From the NCBI GenBank assembly GCA_964591655.1, contig CAZQDS010000001.1, positions 7,232-71,231 of the forward strand: a stretch of 64,000 nt of DNA. Reading direction: 5' to 3'. The translations under genes were made by a program, and so were the position numbers. This stretch comes from an uncultured Methanosarcinales archaeon (GTDB lineage: Archaea; Nanobdellota; Nanobdellia; Woesearchaeales; UBA9642). Of this stretch, positions 27,878 to 38,616 are shown piece by piece. Position 1 is the first letter of the stretch. Every line of letters begins with the position of its first letter. The notes under the pieces were generated by a model that saw only the letters and a program-made list of their open reading frames with translations, ran no database searches and was not told the DNA's origin.

Positions 27878-28049
27878 TTACCCCCAACGGTCATAATTAT
27901 AAAACAAATCACAGTCTGAAAAGACTTGTTGTCTAGGGGAAGTAAATACTCTTTATAAAGGTTATTATTTTGTTGCTATTCTTGAGTGAATACTATTTTG
28001 GATGTTGTTTTTAGATGTTGTTTTTAGTGCTTACATTTTTTATATTGAT

Positions 28050-28560
28050 CCTAATATATCGGAATTTGACCAGTATTTGATGGAATCTTACAGACTCCTT
28101 TGTTTCTTCTGGAAATTTGTTTTGAGTGTTTGAACGATTGTGCTTCTTTTTTCTCTTCTTTATTTATTTACTATATTGAAAATAATATATATAATATATA
28201 TAATATATATAATAAATAATAAATATAATAATATGTATAAAAGAAAACATATATTGAAAGAAATATTTATTGTTATTTTTACAGTTTTTGTGCTTAAATC
28301 ACGATAGTTGGCGTTCTTTGAGAGTGATGTGTGAGAAGAAATATCTATTCATTTTAAATATAAGTTTAAAACATCTTTAACAGATTCCGATAACATTTTC
28401 CATTTCTCCATAAGAAATCATGGGGTGGTATAGTGTTTCAAAACGATAATTCAGATAAGGTACATTCATTCATTTATATTCTAAGAATAGGTTTCTTTAA
28501 TATATTATAGAAATACAAAATATTTATATAACCTTTGTTTCTTCTGGAAGTAGTTCAGTC
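28050..28560. other. Replication origin (oriC): ORB elements flanking an AT-rich unwinding element
   Basis: Exact 18-bp repeat CCTTTGTTTCTTCTGGAA at 28097-28114 and 28532-28549 (reverse complement TTCCAGAAGAAACAAAGG, matching ORB consensus TTCCAGtgGAAAc-aaGGG). Opposite-sense CTCCATAAGAAATCATGGGG at 28406-28425. Nearly pure A/T tract with (ATAATATAT)x3 at ~28160-28270. Lies directly upstream of cdc6. Confidence 0.85.
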
Positions 28561-28593
28561 TATTATAAGTTATATTCGTGCTGAGGGGTTTAA

Positions 28594-29799
28594 ATGGTTA
28601 TAAGTGATTTTTTAGAAAATTTCATAAAAAAAGAATCTCTGTTCAAGAACAAAGCAGTCCTGCAAAGCTCATATTTTCCAGAGGAAGTATTGCATAGGGA
28701 GGAACAGATAAATCAGATAGCGAAAATACTTGCGCCAGGTCTTAGGGCGGAAAGGCCATCAAATATATTCGCATACGGAAAGACCGGTACAGGGAAAACA
28801 CTCACGATACAATACACCCTAAAGGAGATAATCAAGATATCTCAGAGAGAGAACATCCCTCTGAAATATATCTATATCAACTGCAAACTGAAAAAAGTTG
28901 CAGATACAGAATACAGGCTTATAGCAGAAATAGCAAGACATCTAGGGAAGACCATTCCTCCGACAGGACTTCCTACTGATGAAGTCTACAACATATTCTA
29001 CAGGGCCATCAATCAAGAAAAGAAAGTGATAATAATAGTGCTAGATGAGATAGATCAATTGGTGAAGAAAATAGGTGATGAAGTTATATATAATCTCACG
29101 AGGATAAATACGGAGCTGAAAGAAAGCCAGCTAGCAATAATCGGCATAAGCAACGATGTAATGTTCGCTGACAATCTGGACCCGAGAGTAAAAAGCTCAC
29201 TTAGTGAAGAGGAGATAGTGTTCCCATCATATAATGCAATACAGATACAGGACATATTGAAGAAAAGGTGCAATGAGGCCGTAAAAGATGGGGTGATAGA
29301 GGACGGCGTGATAGCGAAGTGTGCAGCATACGCCGCCAGGGAGCACGGCGACGCGAGAAGGGCATTGGAGCTGATAAGGGTCGCAGTAGAGATCGCAGAA
29401 AGAAAAGGGATATCGAGCATAACATTGAAAGAGCTCGATGAGTCGGAAGAAAAGATAGAGAAAGACAGGGTCATAGATATAATAACGACCCAGCCGAAAC
29501 AATTCCAGCTCGTTCTTTATTCGATACTTATCATCGGGAACAGGAAAAAGAGCAACGACCCGATATTTACAGGAGACATATATCTGTTGTACAAGGACCT
29601 ATGCAACAAGACAAACCTTCGGCCGCTCACCCAAAGGAGGGTGTCTGATGTGATTTCAGAGTTTGACCTTTTAGGGATAATCAATGCCAAAGTAATAAGC
29701 AAGGGGAGATATGGGCGGACGAGAGAAGTGAACATAGTCACGAACGAAACCACCAACAACAAGATAATATCCTTGTTAGAAACATCATTGAACCTTTGA
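28594..29799 (+). CDS. cdc6: Orc1/Cdc6 replication initiator
   Basis: GKTGTGKT, YINC, LDEID, LDPRVKSSL, HGDARRAL, C-terminal wHTH with SKGRYGRTR. Confidence 0.97.
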   Translation: MVISDFLENFIKKESLFKNKAVLQSSYFPEEVLHREEQINQIAKILAPGLRAERPSNIFAYGKTGTGKTLTIQYTLKEIIKISQRENIPLKYIYINCKLKKVADTEYRLIAEIARHLGKTIPPTGLPTDEVYNIFYRAINQEKKVIIIVLDEIDQLVKKIGDEVIYNLTRINTELKESQLAIIGISNDVMFADNLDPRVKSSLSEEEIVFPSYNAIQIQDILKKRCNEAVKDGVIEDGVIAKCAAYAAREHGDARRALELIRVAVEIAERKGISSITLKELDESEEKIEKDRVIDIITTQPKQFQLVLYSILIIGNRKKSNDPIFTGDIYLLYKDLCNKTNLRPLTQRRVSDVISEFDLLGIINAKVISKGRYGRTREVNIVTNETTNNKIISLLETSLNL

Positions 29800-29827
29800 T
29801 ATTCACGATCTTTATTTTTTTATAACA

Positions 29828-31642
29828 ATGAAAATGGATAAACAACAAATAATAAGATTTTATTTGGAGAACAAGATATTGTTGAGTCCGGAATTGCTCG
29901 AATATCTAGATAAACCTTTCCCCCTGAACACCAATTTCTCAGTCCTCAATAAGGATGCGCTGCTGATAACTGAGAATAAGATACCTATAAACATCGCGGA
30001 TTATGAGCGGGCAGTGGTCCTTAAAGAAAAGAACCACAATAAAAGACTTTATGAGAAGTTCCAGGAATACATAATCAACAACATCAGGAAAGTGCAGACA
30101 GACATAAAAAAGAGCGATACAAAAGAAGACGAGCGCCTGAAAGAAACAGCAAGAGAAATAGAAGACACTCGCGCGGAGAAAAATGCCTTAACGGATGTCG
30201 ATAGAAAATACGATGTGGGTGCCGAAGAAAAAACATCCGCTGAAGAGACGCCCTCAGATAAGATAAAGAATGCGTCCGTCGAAAAAAATGACAGGCAGAA
30301 AGAAAACGCAGAAACGGTGTCTGAGTCAAAGCTCGACGCATATAAAGAGAACCTGATAAGGACCAACAGGATAAGGATAATCAGCGATTACAGGGAAAAG
30401 AGCAAGAAAAGAAGTGTGCAGGATTTTGTAGGGTTCTTCAATTCCAGATTCAAGGAACTCGAGAAGATATTGCGCTCGAGGCAAGAGTTGCAAAACCTCA
30501 CATCAATATCGAGGATAAACTCCAAGAAGGAGAAAGACAATGTCGCCCTGATAGGGATAGTCTACGACAAGCAGACGACAAAAAACAACAACATAATGTT
30601 GACATTGGAGGATCAGACAGGGACTGTGAAGGTCGTCGTGACACAGGCCAAAGAGGAGCTGTTCGCTCTGGCACAAGAGATACAATTAGATGAGACAATA
30701 GGCGTGACAGGGATGTACGATGGCCTGATATTCGCCAACAACATACTGTTGCCGGACATACCGTTGACAAAAGAGCTGAAAAAATCTCCGGAGGAAGGAT
30801 ATTTCGCCGTGATAACGGATCTGCAAGTAGGGAACAAGCTTTTCTTGGAGGAAGAATTCAAGAAATTTTTACAGTGGCTGAACGGCGAAGCAGGGAGTGA
30901 AACACAGAAAGAGATAGCATCTAAAGTGAAATACTTATTCATTGTCGGCGACATGGCCGAAGGCGTAGGGATATATCCTGATCAAGAATATGATCTGAGC
31001 ATAATAGATGTGCGTGACCAATATAGGAAATTGGCAGAATATCTCAAGGACGTAAAGATACCTATATTCATCTGTCCAGGAAATCACGACGTAGGAAGAT
31101 TGAGCGAGCCGCAGCCAGGGTTCAGGGACGAATATAGCAAGCCATTATGGATGCTCCCTAACGCAATATGCCTGAGCAACCCTTCGCTGGTCAATATATT
31201 CTCATCGGACAGCTTTGAAGGATTTGACGTATTGTTATATCATGGAGGATCATTCTTCTATTATTTCAACAACATCCCTACAATAAGGCAGAAAGGCGGC
31301 GCGACAAGGTCGGACCTCGTGATGAAATATCTGTTGCAGAGAAGACACTTGGCACCCTCACACACATCCACAGTATATATCCCTGATGCGCAAAGAGATC
31401 CCTTGGTCATCGATAGGGTCCCTGATTTTTTCTTTTCAGGACACGTGCACAGGGCCACAGTCAATAATTATCGCAATGTCACTTGCATAAATGCTTCATG
31501 CTGGGTCGCAAAGACAGATGAACAGGAAAGGAGGGGCCTCGACCCGCAACCCGGGAGAGCGTTCATCATTAACATGCAGACGAGAGAAGTGAAGATAATG
31601 AACTTCCTATCCAAAGATGAGGGCACAGAGAAAAATGAGTGA
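29828..31642 (+). CDS. polB: DNA polymerase D small subunit DP1 (proofreading phosphoesterase)
   Basis: OB fold (LEDQTG), GDMAEGVGIYPDQ, PGNHD, YHG, RRHLAP, GHVH. Confidence 0.95.
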   Translation: MKMDKQQIIRFYLENKILLSPELLEYLDKPFPLNTNFSVLNKDALLITENKIPINIADYERAVVLKEKNHNKRLYEKFQEYIINNIRKVQTDIKKSDTKEDERLKETAREIEDTRAEKNALTDVDRKYDVGAEEKTSAEETPSDKIKNASVEKNDRQKENAETVSESKLDAYKENLIRTNRIRIISDYREKSKKRSVQDFVGFFNSRFKELEKILRSRQELQNLTSISRINSKKEKDNVALIGIVYDKQTTKNNNIMLTLEDQTGTVKVVVTQAKEELFALAQEIQLDETIGVTGMYDGLIFANNILLPDIPLTKELKKSPEEGYFAVITDLQVGNKLFLEEEFKKFLQWLNGEAGSETQKEIASKVKYLFIVGDMAEGVGIYPDQEYDLSIIDVRDQYRKLAEYLKDVKIPIFICPGNHDVGRLSEPQPGFRDEYSKPLWMLPNAICLSNPSLVNIFSSDSFEGFDVLLYHGGSFFYYFNNIPTIRQKGGATRSDLVMKYLLQRRHLAPSHTSTVYIPDAQRDPLVIDRVPDFFFSGHVHRATVNNYRNVTCINASCWVAKTDEQERRGLDPQPGRAFIINMQTREVKIMNFLSKDEGTEKNE

Positions 31643-31662
31643 AAATAGGTGTATTGAAAAAA

Positions 31663-34600
31663 ATGGTTGATTGTTCGAAAGAGATGCAAAAATATTTCGA
31701 TGAATTGGAAGAAAGATGTTTCAAAGAGTTCAAGATAGCTTCAGATTCCCGAAAGAAAGGCTATGATCCGGCCACAGTCCCAGAGATAATACTCGCGAAG
31801 AACATGGCTGAAAGGGTAATAGGTCTGATAAGCGTAATCGCTCCCCAATTAAAGAACACCGGCGCAACAGAAAGGATAACGGAATTAGAGAAGGAATACG
31901 GCATACTCGATTGGCGTGTAGCATTCACTATCGCAGAAGAGGTCGCGAGAGAAAAATTTTGTAAATTTAAAGACCAAAAAGAGGCAATAGAAGTGGGCAT
32001 ACGTACAGGATTCGCATATGTCACGGTGGGTGTGGTGTCCAGTCCCATAGAGGGATTCACACATATAGACATAATGGACAGGATGGATGGTGCAGGAAAA
32101 TATTTTTGTGTTAATTTTTCTGGTCCGATAAGGAATGCCGGCGGGACGGCCGCAGCCGTCTGTGTCTTGATTGCCGATTTCTTGAGAAAGAAATTCGGAT
32201 ATGCCAAATATGATGCTACAGAATTGGAAATAAAGAGGACTTATTCTGAAGTGGAGGATTACCACACGAGGTTCAGTCCAAGGCAATATTTTCCCAGCAG
32301 GGAAGAGATAGACTTCCTGATGAGGAATGTCCCTGTGCAATTGGGAGCAGAGCCTTCAGAAAGATATGAGGTTTCCAACTATAAGGACCTTCCAAGAGTT
32401 CCAACGAACATAATCAGGAGCGGCTTCTGTCTGCTATATACTGATTGTATCCCCTTGAAGTCTGCAAAATTATGGAAACAGCTCAGCAAATGGGGCAAGA
32501 ATTTTGACATGGAAGATTGGATGTTTTTAGAGGAATATCTGAAGATCCAAAAATCTGCAAAGGCTTTGAAGAAAAAGGCAGAATCTTCAGGAAAGATAAC
32601 TCCAGATTATACATACATAAAAGATCTCGTCGCTGGAAGACCTGTCTTAGGTTATCCGTTGAGGAATGGCGCGTTCAGGCTAAGGTATGGGCGTTCAAGG
32701 GTTTCCGGGTATTCCGCGCAATCGGTACATCCTGCAACGATGCAAGTGCTTAATGGATATGTGGCTACGGCGACACAATTGAAGGTTGAGCGTCCAGGAA
32801 AGGCGACAGCGATATCGAGCTGCGACACCATAGATGGGCCGATCGTAAAGCTATATAACGGCAACGTATTGTTTTTAGAGACTGAAGCGATGGCCAAGCA
32901 GTATAAGAAAGAGGTCAAGGAAATACTTTACCTGGGGGATATCTTGGTCTCTTATGGAGATTTTTTCAATAGGAATCACCCTTTAGCGAACCCAGGATAT
33001 TGCCAGGAGTATTGGGTCCTGGAATTTGAGAAATCTGCATTTGAGAAATTTCCTTTGGATATAGAGGACCCTGAAGACGCTTACATAACGAGCTCTGATT
33101 ATAAAAAAATCGACCTTCAGAAACTTGCAGACGATGTACGGATATCTAAAGATAAGTTAGAGGTCATATTCAGGAAGCCTTTACGTACAAAACTCTCGGC
33201 AGATGCCGCCATAAGCATCTCTAGGAAATTAGATGTGCCGCTACACCCATATTACACTTATTATTGGAAATCATTGAATATCTACGAATTGAAGTCATTG
33301 ATTAACTGGTTCTTGGAAGCGAAGATATTGCATTATGAAAATAAACCGGACGCCAAAGTGGAAAAGATAGTCCTTCCGAAAGGAGAGGGGAAGAGGGCCT
33401 TGGAGCTTCTCGGGATCCCTCACCTGTTTGTGAATAACGAGTTCGTCGTCATAGAAGGAGACCACGCAGATGCATTGTTGGCGACATTGAATATACATGA
33501 GATAATGCTGAAGGACGATATAGAATCAATAAATAAGATAATCTCAGAAACACAGCCAGACATAGGCAAAGAAGATGAGCTGCTGTTGAAGATAATAAAC
33601 AGGATATCTCCTTTCCCGATAAGGGATAAGGCCGGCATATTCATAGGTTCGAGGATGGGGAGGCCAGAAAAAGCCAAGATGAGAAAGCTTGCCGGACAGC
33701 CGAACATGTTGTTTCCTGTGGGGGAAGAAGGAGGCAAGATGAGGAGCCTGCAATCTGCTATGGAGGCAGGAAAGATAACCTCAAGCTTCCCGATATTCTA
33801 TTGCGAGAAATGTAATAGGACGACTCCCCTGTCGATATGTGAAATGTGTGATAAGCCTACAACGAAAAAGATGTATTGCCGGGAATGTAAAAATACAGAA
33901 TGCGTCAATGAGTCCCACCCGAAATTCACATACTCTAATTACGCTTTGAATATCAATGAGATATTTCCGTTGATGCTGAAAAAACTCAATACAAAGATAT
34001 ATCCTGACATGATAAAAGGGATAAAAGGCACAGCGAACATAAACCATGTTCCTGAACATTTGGTTAAAGGGATACTGCGCGCAAAACACAGCGTATCGGT
34101 ATTCAAGGACGGGACAGTGAGGTACGACATATCTGAAGTGCCATTGACACATTTCAAACCTAAAGAGATAGGTGTGGGTGTAGAGAAGCTCCGTAAATTA
34201 GGATATGTCAGAGATACTAAAGGACGCCCATTAGAGCGAGAAGATCAAGTGCTTGAGCTAAAACCGCAAGACATAGTCCTCCCTTGCAGTCCAGATAGTC
34301 CTGATGAATCGGCAGACGAAGTCTTGTTCAGGACAGCAAATTTCATAGATGAATTGCTGGAAAAATTGTATGGGCAGAAACCATATTACAGGTTTAAAGA
34401 AAGACAGGACTTGGTCGGAACGGCAGTCATAGGTCTTGCGCCGCACACATCGGCAGGAATACTCGGCAGGATAATAGGATTTTCGAAGACACAGGCATAC
34501 CTTGCACATCCGATGTTCCATGCAGCGATGAGAAGAGATGCGGATGGAGATGAATCATGTATATTGTTGCTTCTTGACGGGCTTTTAAATTTCTCCAAAG

Positions 34601-35289
34601 AATACCTTTCGAACAAGAGGGGTGCTACGATGGATGCACCGTTGGTGCTTACATATATATTGAACCCTGCCGAAGTCGATGACATGGTATTCGATCTTGA
34701 TATAGGATGGAGATATCCTCTGGAGCTTTACGAAGCGGCAAAAGAGTTCAAGCCTGCACACACAATAAAGATAAATCAGTTAGGCAAACACATCGGAACG
34801 TCATTCCAATATGAAGGGATGGGATTCACACATGACACGGAAGATTTCAATGCAGGGATATTATGTTCGGAATATAAGCTTCTTCCTTCGATGGAAGAGA
34901 AACTTTTCGGACAGATGGATCTGGCGATGAAGATACGCGCAGTCGATTCTGGCGATGTGGCAAGATTGGTCATCGAGAAACACTTCATAAGAGATATAAA
35001 AGGAAACTTAAGAAAATTCTCCACACAGCAATTCAGATGCAGCAATTGCAATGAGAAGTATCGTAGGCCGCCATTAGCAGGAAAATGCACAAAATGTAAT
35101 GGAAAGATAATATTCACTATATCGGAAGGCTCTATAATAAAATATCTTGAACCGACGATAAGTTTGGGGGAGAAGTTCAAGATCCCCGCATATTTGACAC
35201 AGACCATAGAATTGACGAAACAAAGGATAGAGAGTTATTTCGGCAAGGAAGCAGAAAGCCAGGCAGGATTAGGGAAGTGGTTCGGGTGA
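31663..35289 (+). CDS. polC: DNA polymerase D large subunit DP2
   Basis: GPIRNAGGT, RLRYGRSR, RMGRPEKA, FKDGTVRYD, LAPHTSAG, RRDADGDE catalytic motif, zinc fingers, C-terminal PIP-like QAGLGKWF; no intein evident. Confidence 0.97.
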   Translation: MVDCSKEMQKYFDELEERCFKEFKIASDSRKKGYDPATVPEIILAKNMAERVIGLISVIAPQLKNTGATERITELEKEYGILDWRVAFTIAEEVAREKFCKFKDQKEAIEVGIRTGFAYVTVGVVSSPIEGFTHIDIMDRMDGAGKYFCVNFSGPIRNAGGTAAAVCVLIADFLRKKFGYAKYDATELEIKRTYSEVEDYHTRFSPRQYFPSREEIDFLMRNVPVQLGAEPSERYEVSNYKDLPRVPTNIIRSGFCLLYTDCIPLKSAKLWKQLSKWGKNFDMEDWMFLEEYLKIQKSAKALKKKAESSGKITPDYTYIKDLVAGRPVLGYPLRNGAFRLRYGRSRVSGYSAQSVHPATMQVLNGYVATATQLKVERPGKATAISSCDTIDGPIVKLYNGNVLFLETEAMAKQYKKEVKEILYLGDILVSYGDFFNRNHPLANPGYCQEYWVLEFEKSAFEKFPLDIEDPEDAYITSSDYKKIDLQKLADDVRISKDKLEVIFRKPLRTKLSADAAISISRKLDVPLHPYYTYYWKSLNIYELKSLINWFLEAKILHYENKPDAKVEKIVLPKGEGKRALELLGIPHLFVNNEFVVIEGDHADALLATLNIHEIMLKDDIESINKIISETQPDIGKEDELLLKIINRISPFPIRDKAGIFIGSRMGRPEKAKMRKLAGQPNMLFPVGEEGGKMRSLQSAMEAGKITSSFPIFYCEKCNRTTPLSICEMCDKPTTKKMYCRECKNTECVNESHPKFTYSNYALNINEIFPLMLKKLNTKIYPDMIKGIKGTANINHVPEHLVKGILRAKHSVSVFKDGTVRYDISEVPLTHFKPKEIGVGVEKLRKLGYVRDTKGRPLEREDQVLELKPQDIVLPCSPDSPDESADEVLFRTANFIDELLEKLYGQKPYYRFKERQDLVGTAVIGLAPHTSAGILGRIIGFSKTQAYLAHPMFHAAMRRDADGDESCILLLLDGLLNFSKEYLSNKRGATMDAPLVLTYILNPAEVDDMVFDLDIGWRYPLELYEAAKEFKPAHTIKINQLGKHIGTSFQYEGMGFTHDTEDFNAGILCSEYKLLPSMEEKLFGQMDLAMKIRAVDSGDVARLVIEKHFIRDIKGNLRKFSTQQFRCSNCNEKYRRPPLAGKCTKCNGKIIFTISEGSIIKYLEPTISLGEKFKIPAYLTQTIELTKQRIESYFGKEAESQAGLGKWFG

Positions 35290-35354
35290 AATAGATATAT
35301 CGGATTTGAAATTTTAGAAAATATTTATAAAGAGTATTTGTATTGTAAAATAAT

Positions 35355-36764
35355 ATGAAAGTATTGCTAATGATGTTTTTTCTCATTCTAGTTTCCGGAT
35401 GTGTGAATATCGTTAATGATGCACCACAAGTAGTATCTACAGAATTGAATGAATCATCTGGGCAGCAAGATAAGGTCAATATAATTACTGATGACGCGAC
35501 CGATTCGAATGTATCTGTGCTTAATTTATCTACGCTTAATATGAGTGGCATAGAAGAATCTGACAACGCAACTGATAAAGAAAAAGATTCCTGCGTCCCT
35601 ACAAGGATGACTTTTTCAAGAAAGGAATCTGAAGCGCCGACAGGTTATCACTTCGAGTACATTAATATCAGCGGGAAGGTTTACGGTTTCGCATATTCAG
35701 ATACGGGCAATCTTGAAGTAGAACGACTTAAAAAGATACGCGGAGATATAGAATTGCGGCTAAGTATACCGACGGAAGCATATGCGCCAAAAGAGGCCGT
35801 GCGTATAGATGATTATTCTGCTGTAAGGATAATTTCAAAAAATAAAACAAGAATAGACTCATTGCATCACAATACTTCTTTTTCAATCGATATATTTGAG
35901 TTGAATGATTGTGCGCATATTTCGTTTGAGAAGGAACCAATAATCACCTTGAATTGTTATTCACAAACAGGGGATTGTATAGGCCCGGCGAGTAGCATGT
36001 ATTACATAAGTGTATCGGTGTTCGATGCCGAGAGTTATCCAGATATTAACATTACGTTGCGCATTGATGATGGCCCGGCACTTATGCCTACACGAGAACC
36101 ATCCAATCTCTTTAACACATATTCTTCTCAGTATGATTTTCCGGCGTACACATTCCGGCCCGCAAACCACGTACTTACAGTCACGGCGTATACCGATTAT
36201 GGCTTAGAATACACACGCAATTACCATCTAAATATCCTTCCAGATGACCAGGTCGGAGTTGAGTTGTTCTCTAAGTCTGAAATATGTAATTCGAAAGGAG
36301 AATCAGAATCGTTAAGATATTACGACAGTATAGATGGGAAGGATATACTGCGGCACGATTATTATCCGCAGAACATAACTCTCTCATCAGGAGAATGTGC
36401 TGACTCCGGGCATGAATTGACAATTTGCGAGACGGGTTTAAATTATATAGGAAGCGGCAATGTTTATAAGATATTCCGTCTAGTAAATGCAAAATCTTAT
36501 TGTTATTATGACTTCAATATACCTGATTCATGTTACTCTGAAGAGATAATAGAAGAGGGGGACAGTTTCACCTCCCGCTACACAGAATACGATTTCATCA
36601 AGGCCTACAAGAACCCGAAAGTCCTCTTCTTATATGACAATGAGAGGAAATGGTATGTTTATTATCCATATGATGTGTCCTCCGGATATTATTCTAGTAT
36701 GCGATTAAATTCTAACAATGACGGATCATATACAGTCATGACTCAGAAGCCCTCCTGTTCTTAA
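35355..36764 (+). CDS. Hypothetical lipoprotein/secreted protein
   Basis: Signal peptide ending VSGC; Ser/Asn-rich linker; Ig-like segment (VSVFDAE...HVLTVTAYTDYG). Confidence 0.55.
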   Translation: MKVLLMMFFLILVSGCVNIVNDAPQVVSTELNESSGQQDKVNIITDDATDSNVSVLNLSTLNMSGIEESDNATDKEKDSCVPTRMTFSRKESEAPTGYHFEYINISGKVYGFAYSDTGNLEVERLKKIRGDIELRLSIPTEAYAPKEAVRIDDYSAVRIISKNKTRIDSLHHNTSFSIDIFELNDCAHISFEKEPIITLNCYSQTGDCIGPASSMYYISVSVFDAESYPDINITLRIDDGPALMPTREPSNLFNTYSSQYDFPAYTFRPANHVLTVTAYTDYGLEYTRNYHLNILPDDQVGVELFSKSEICNSKGESESLRYYDSIDGKDILRHDYYPQNITLSSGECADSGHELTICETGLNYIGSGNVYKIFRLVNAKSYCYYDFNIPDSCYSEEIIEEGDSFTSRYTEYDFIKAYKNPKVLFLYDNERKWYVYYPYDVSSGYYSSMRLNSNNDGSYTVMTQKPSCS

Positions 36765-37172
36765 CTATATCTTAGAATTTATTGCTGATTTCGCGCCGCA
36801 TGCCTGACATCTCATGAATGTAACGATTCCCTCTTTAGAAAGTTTTGTGTCCGGTTTACCGCACTCTTTGCATATCACGAACTGATCTACATACTGCTCT
36901 ATCTTCTCATTTATTTTCGAACTAGGTATCTTTGTGTTGAACACTAATAATTGTTTCTTTACCTCTCCTTTTGCTGCAGTCTCCCTTGAGATAAACTTTA
37001 GTAAATGCTCAGGAGTCCTCCTAAGAGCGGATGCTATCTGGAAGAAATTGCTTATGACAGTCTTATTGCCTTCGAGATGTCCGCTGACTTTAGGAACAAC
37101 AAACCTTTCTGAAGCTACAGAAACCTCTGGCAAATTCTTCTTTCCCCTGTCGAGCATCAGTTCATAATCCAT
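36765..37172 (-). CDS. eif2b: Translation initiation factor aIF-2 beta subunit
   Basis: ERF.VP, GNKT.I.NF, CKECGKPDT..CQACGA zinc ribbon. Confidence 0.95.
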   Translation of the reverse strand: MDYELMLDRGKKNLPEVSVASERFVVPKVSGHLEGNKTVISNFFQIASALRRTPEHLLKFISRETAAKGEVKKQLLVFNTKIPSSKINEKIEQYVDQFVICKECGKPDTKLSKEGIVTFMRCQACGAKSAINSKI

Positions 37173-37250
37173 AAACTCAAGAATTTATGATGACTTATAA
37201 ATCTTTTCACTTTTCATAAAATATTTATATTGTCGGAATGCTTTGGAAGC

Positions 37251-37628
37251 ATGGTTTTCATCAATTACGTGGGTAGGGATGTCTCGCTTGAGGAAAAGCT
37301 CATGCCAGAGGACATGAGTTCGACCCGGCCGCCAAAGTTTGAAGAAATATCGACTTATGACCACAGATATATTTTTCCTGATAATGATTATGATGCCGTT
37401 GAAGTGGATTTTCTAGGTGCAGGTCCCGGGTGGGAGATAAGAGGGATGTTTGTCCCTGGCAATTCGAGGCCTTACGTGTTGAGGAATCTTCCAGGACCCG
37501 AGAAATATCGTACGAAAAAACATGAATTTGTGCATAAGGATTTCTATGATTCAGGAATTCCGCAATCAGAGTCTGAAGTTAGGAGGATAACTTCAACTAT
37601 CACGAATTTTACTGATTATTATATGTGA
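37251..37628 (+). CDS. Hypothetical protein
   Basis: ORF divergent from aIF2b; no motif recognised; start uncertain. Confidence 0.45.
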   Translation: MVFINYVGRDVSLEEKLMPEDMSSTRPPKFEEISTYDHRYIFPDNDYDAVEVDFLGAGPGWEIRGMFVPGNSRPYVLRNLPGPEKYRTKKHEFVHKDFYDSGIPQSESEVRRITSTITNFTDYYM

Positions 37629-37685
37629 GTCAATAAAATCAAAATACATAAATAACTTTATAAATCTCTTTTCTTGAATGAAAGA

Positions 37686-38576
37686 ATGGTTTTGGAATCG
37701 TTGATAAGTCCGGAAAAGGCAGAAAACAAGCCAGCACTGCTAATATTTCTAGGATTTATTTACACGAGTTTGGCGATGTTCTTGGCGTACATGATATTCA
37801 AGCAGTATTCTAGCCTATTCATGGTGTTTTTAGCGACGATAGCTTCAGTTCCTTTGATGTATCGATTGATAAAGATGGAGGAAGAAAAGGATTTGACGGA
37901 CACTTCAGAAGTGATGCTGCTGAAAGAGCATTGGAAAGCTTTATCTGCACTCATGTATCTTTTTTTGGGCGCAACTCTTGCATTCGTCTTTTGGTACACG
38001 GTCCTTCCTTCTGACACCATATCTGTGCTTTTTGAGAGCCAGACATCTACAATCATATCGATAAATGGGCGCACCACAGAGATCAGTGGCGCAGGAGATA
38101 TTACTGGAAACGCCATAACGGGTAGGGCGACATCTTTCAGCGTCTTCTCAAAGATATTCTTCAACAACGTCAAAGTTCTTTTGTTTTGTGTGCTGTTCAG
38201 TTTCTTGTATGGCGCGGGCGCGATATTCATCCTTTTATGGAACGCATCAGTCATAGGCACCGCTATAGGTAATTTCATAAGGAGCAACATATCAGCATTG
38301 GCGACTCAGGCAGGGGGAGCGACCATAGGAGGATATTTTTCTGTCGTTTCAGTAGGGCTGTTCAAGTACGTGATACATGGTTTTCCGGAGATACTCGCGT
38401 ATTTTGTAGGTGCACTTGCAGGAGGGATAATAAGCATCGCAATAATAAACCACGATGTCGCGACAAGGAAATTCGAGCACGTGTTGCTCGATGCGGCAGA
38501 TCTGATGATGCTTGCATTAGTGATAACTTTCGTCGCAGCATTATTAGAAGTATATGTGACGCCGGCGATTTTCTAG
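37686..38576 (+). CDS. SpoIIM (DUF95) family membrane protein
   Basis: IFFNN, NASVIG, HGFPEILA, AALLEVYVTP; multiple TM helices. Confidence 0.85.
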   Translation: MVLESLISPEKAENKPALLIFLGFIYTSLAMFLAYMIFKQYSSLFMVFLATIASVPLMYRLIKMEEEKDLTDTSEVMLLKEHWKALSALMYLFLGATLAFVFWYTVLPSDTISVLFESQTSTIISINGRTTEISGAGDITGNAITGRATSFSVFSKIFFNNVKVLLFCVLFSFLYGAGAIFILLWNASVIGTAIGNFIRSNISALATQAGGATIGGYFSVVSVGLFKYVIHGFPEILAYFVGALAGGIISIAIINHDVATRKFEHVLLDAADLMMLALVITFVAALLEVYVTPAIF

Positions 38577-38616
38577 GGACCGTCACGTGAAGTAGGTCTA
38601 GGGTTTTTATCCCGAA

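Noticed and set aside
28160-28270. AT-rich short tandem repeats as a CRISPR array or microsatellite locus
   Set aside because: There is no repeat-spacer periodicity; it is better explained as the origin's DNA unwinding element.
38577-38616. GC-richer spacer between convergent genes as a tRNA or ncRNA
   Set aside because: Only 40 bp with weak stems; no cloverleaf or T-loop motif.
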